Shown: positions 61,793 to 64,000 of the stretch, piece after piece
Layout of the letters: the number at the start of each line of letters is the position of its first letter
Numbering within the stretch: position 1 is the first letter of the stretch
NCBI GenBank assembly: GCA_030390025.1
Contig: CM059431.1
Coordinates: 99,450,001 to 99,514,000 of the forward strand
Direction of reading: 5' to 3'
From: Squalus acanthias
Taxonomy: Eukaryota
DNA length: 64,000 bases
Translations under genes and position numbers: made by a program
The notes under the pieces: model-generated
The model's input: the letters and a program-made list of their open reading frames with translations, nothing else
Told to the model about the DNA's origin: nothing
Database searches by the model: none

Positions 61793-62149
61793 ATTTAGTT
61801 CATCTCCACAACTACCAAGGCTTCAATTCGGAGATCATTCTGCACACTTCCTGTCAGTGATTAAAACATCTGACAATTTCCTATTGTTTAAGATGACTGT
61901 ACCTCCGCTGGGTGCTTACTATTGTGTGTCCCAGTCAACCCGAGTCTCCTACTTCTCCTATCCCAGGAGGTTCGGAGGTGCCCAGCTTATGATTTGGAGT
62001 AGGGGCCTTGGGGGATTTAAGCAATGCTTACTGGCCTTTAAGAAGAACGTGAAGAGTCTGAAGGTAGTCAGCGCGCCATCATGTAGAATGTAACCCATGT
62101 TTCAGAAGGCATTCTTTAATTGGGGTGAAGAAGTGTACTGGCAATGAAA

Positions 62150-63430
62150 TACCTACTGTCCATTCGCAACTCCTCAGATAATGAAGCAGTCCATGCCCGC
62201 ATGCAACAAGATCTGGACGACATTCAGGCTTGGGCTGATAAGTGGCAGGTAACATTCACGCCACACAAGTGCCAGGCAATGACTATCTCCAACAAGCGAG
62301 AGTCTAACCACCACCCCTTGACATTCAACGGCATTACCATCGCCGAATCCCCCAGCATCAACATCCTGGAGGTCACCATTGACCAGAAACTTAACTGAAG
62401 CAGCCACATAAATACTGTGGCAACAAGAGCAGGTCAGAGGCTGGGTATTCTGCGGAGAGTGTCTCACCTCCTGACTCCCCAAAGCCTTTCCACCATCTAC
62501 AAGGCACAAGTCAGGAGTGTGATGGAATCCACTTGCTTGGATGAGTGCAGCTCCAACAACACTCAAGAAGCTCGACACCATCCAGGACAAAGCAGCCCGC
62601 TTGATTGGCACCCCATCCACCACCTTAAACATTCACTCCCTCCACCACTGGCGCTCCGTGGCTACAGTGTGTACCATCTACAAGATGCACTGCATCAACT
62701 CGCCAAGGCTTCTTCGGCAGCACCTCCCAAACCCGCAGCCTCTACCACCTAGAAGGACAAGGGCAGCAGGCGCATGGGAACACCACCACCTCCAAGTTCC
62801 CCTCCGAGTCACACACCATCCTGACTTGGAAATATATCCTGCATCGTCGCTGGGTCAGAATCCTGGAACTTCCTACCTAACAGCACTCTTCTTCTTAGGC
62901 AGTCCCTCGGAACCGAGGATAACTTGCTTCCACATTAAAAATGAGTTCTCAGGTGACTGATGAGTCCAATGCGGGACCTACAGTCTCTGTCACAGGTGGT
63001 TGAAGGGGCGGGTGGGCGGGGTGCTTGGGTTGACGTGCGCTCCTTGCGCTGCCTGCGCTTAGCTTCCGCTTGCTCCCGGCGAAGAGACTCGGGGTGTTCG
63101 GCGCCTTCCCAGATGCTCTCCTCCACTTCGTGCGGTCTTGGGCCATGGATTCCCAGGTGTCGGTGGGGATGTTGCACTTTTTTAAGGAGGCTTTGAGGGT
63201 GTCCTTGAAGCGTTTTCTCTGCCCACCTGGGGCTTTCTTGCCGTGTCGGAGCTCCGAGTAGAGCGCTTGTTGTGGGAGTCTCGTAACAGCACTGTGGGAG
63301 TACCTTCACCACACGGACTGCAGCGGTTCACGAAGGCGGCTCACCACCACCTTCTCAAGGGCAGATCGGGATGGGCAATAAATGCTGGCCTTGCCAGCAA
63401 CGCCCACATCCCAGGAATGACTAAAAAAAT
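62150..63430 (+). mobile_element. Second CR1-group LINE family, RT C-terminal part, split by an RTE
   Basis: MQQDLDDIQAWADKWQVTF..KCQ, IYKAQVRSVME, KKLDTIQDKAARLI; gggcaataaatgctggcc tail. Confidence 0.85.
62888..63283 (-). mobile_element. RTE 3' fragment
   Basis: Close match to 15870-16275; 10-bp TSD taacagcact (62878-62887 and 63284-63293). Confidence 0.92.
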
Positions 63431-64000
63431 TCCACTGCTTCCTGACATGCTCATCTATGAGCAAAGGTGAGAAGGAAAGAAGTGTGATGATTAATGTGGT
63501 ACCTCCTGTGAACTGCGTACTAGTTGCAGGTGAGAGGTGGCCTCAAGTGGGAAAGAAGATTATTACATTCCGTTGTTATAGGAGAGACTATAAGAAAAAA
63601 ATTTTTTACACAGCGAGTTGTTGTGATCTGGAATGCACTGCCTGAAAGAAAGAATTTGCATTTCTATAGCGCCTTTCATGACCTCAGGACGTCCCAAAGC
63701 GCTTTACAGCCAATGAAGTACTTTTTGAAGTGTGGTCACTGTTGTAATGTAGGAAACGCGGCAGCTAATTTGCGCACAGCAAGCTCCCACAAACAGCAAT
63801 GTGGTGGTGGAACCAGATTCAATAATAAATTTCAAAAGGGAATTGCATAAATATTTGAAGGGAAAAATGCCTTTTTAACAGCCTTATCGACTTGTCCTGC
63901 CACCTTCAAAAATTTGTGTGCGTGAACCCCCAGGTCTCTCTATATCTTCATAGAATCATCGAATAGTACAGCACAGAAGGAGGCCATTCGGCCCATTGAG

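Overview
Eukaryotic, repeat-dominated DNA, most likely intronic or intergenic sequence from a cartilaginous fish. That assignment is inferred from V-SINE/HE1-type and DeuSINE/SacSINE1-type SINEs alongside abundant CR1 and L2 LINEs. No intact cellular gene is recognisable and nearly all listed ORFs come from transposons or repeats; there is one plausible 48-nt minus-strand host exon. Main contents: (1) many 5'-truncated CR1 and L2 copies and one near-full-length CR1 split by a 2.5-kb PIF/Harbinger transposon (DDE transposase plus spliced Myb/SANT gene, central deletion); (2) about ten Harbinger-type MITEs or deletion derivatives; (3) two RTE copies; (4) two solo LTRs with 4-bp TSDs, one of them 1.3 kb with foamy-virus-like architecture; (5) Penelope-like pieces carrying minimal hammerhead ribozyme motifs, including a ~160-bp TSD-flanked mini-element with a head-to-head ribozyme palindrome; (6) tandem arrays with 29, 33 (two arrays), 41 and 51-bp units, mostly grown from transposon sequence. 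I cannot demonstrate a wholly new system from sequence alone. The best candidates are the foamy-like LTR, the hammerhead mini-element, the Harbinger/MITE family sharing a CRE palindrome, and the TE-seeded arrays. Boundaries defined by TIRs or TSDs were read base by base; other repeat boundaries are approximate (tens of bp), and family names are by recognition, not database search.
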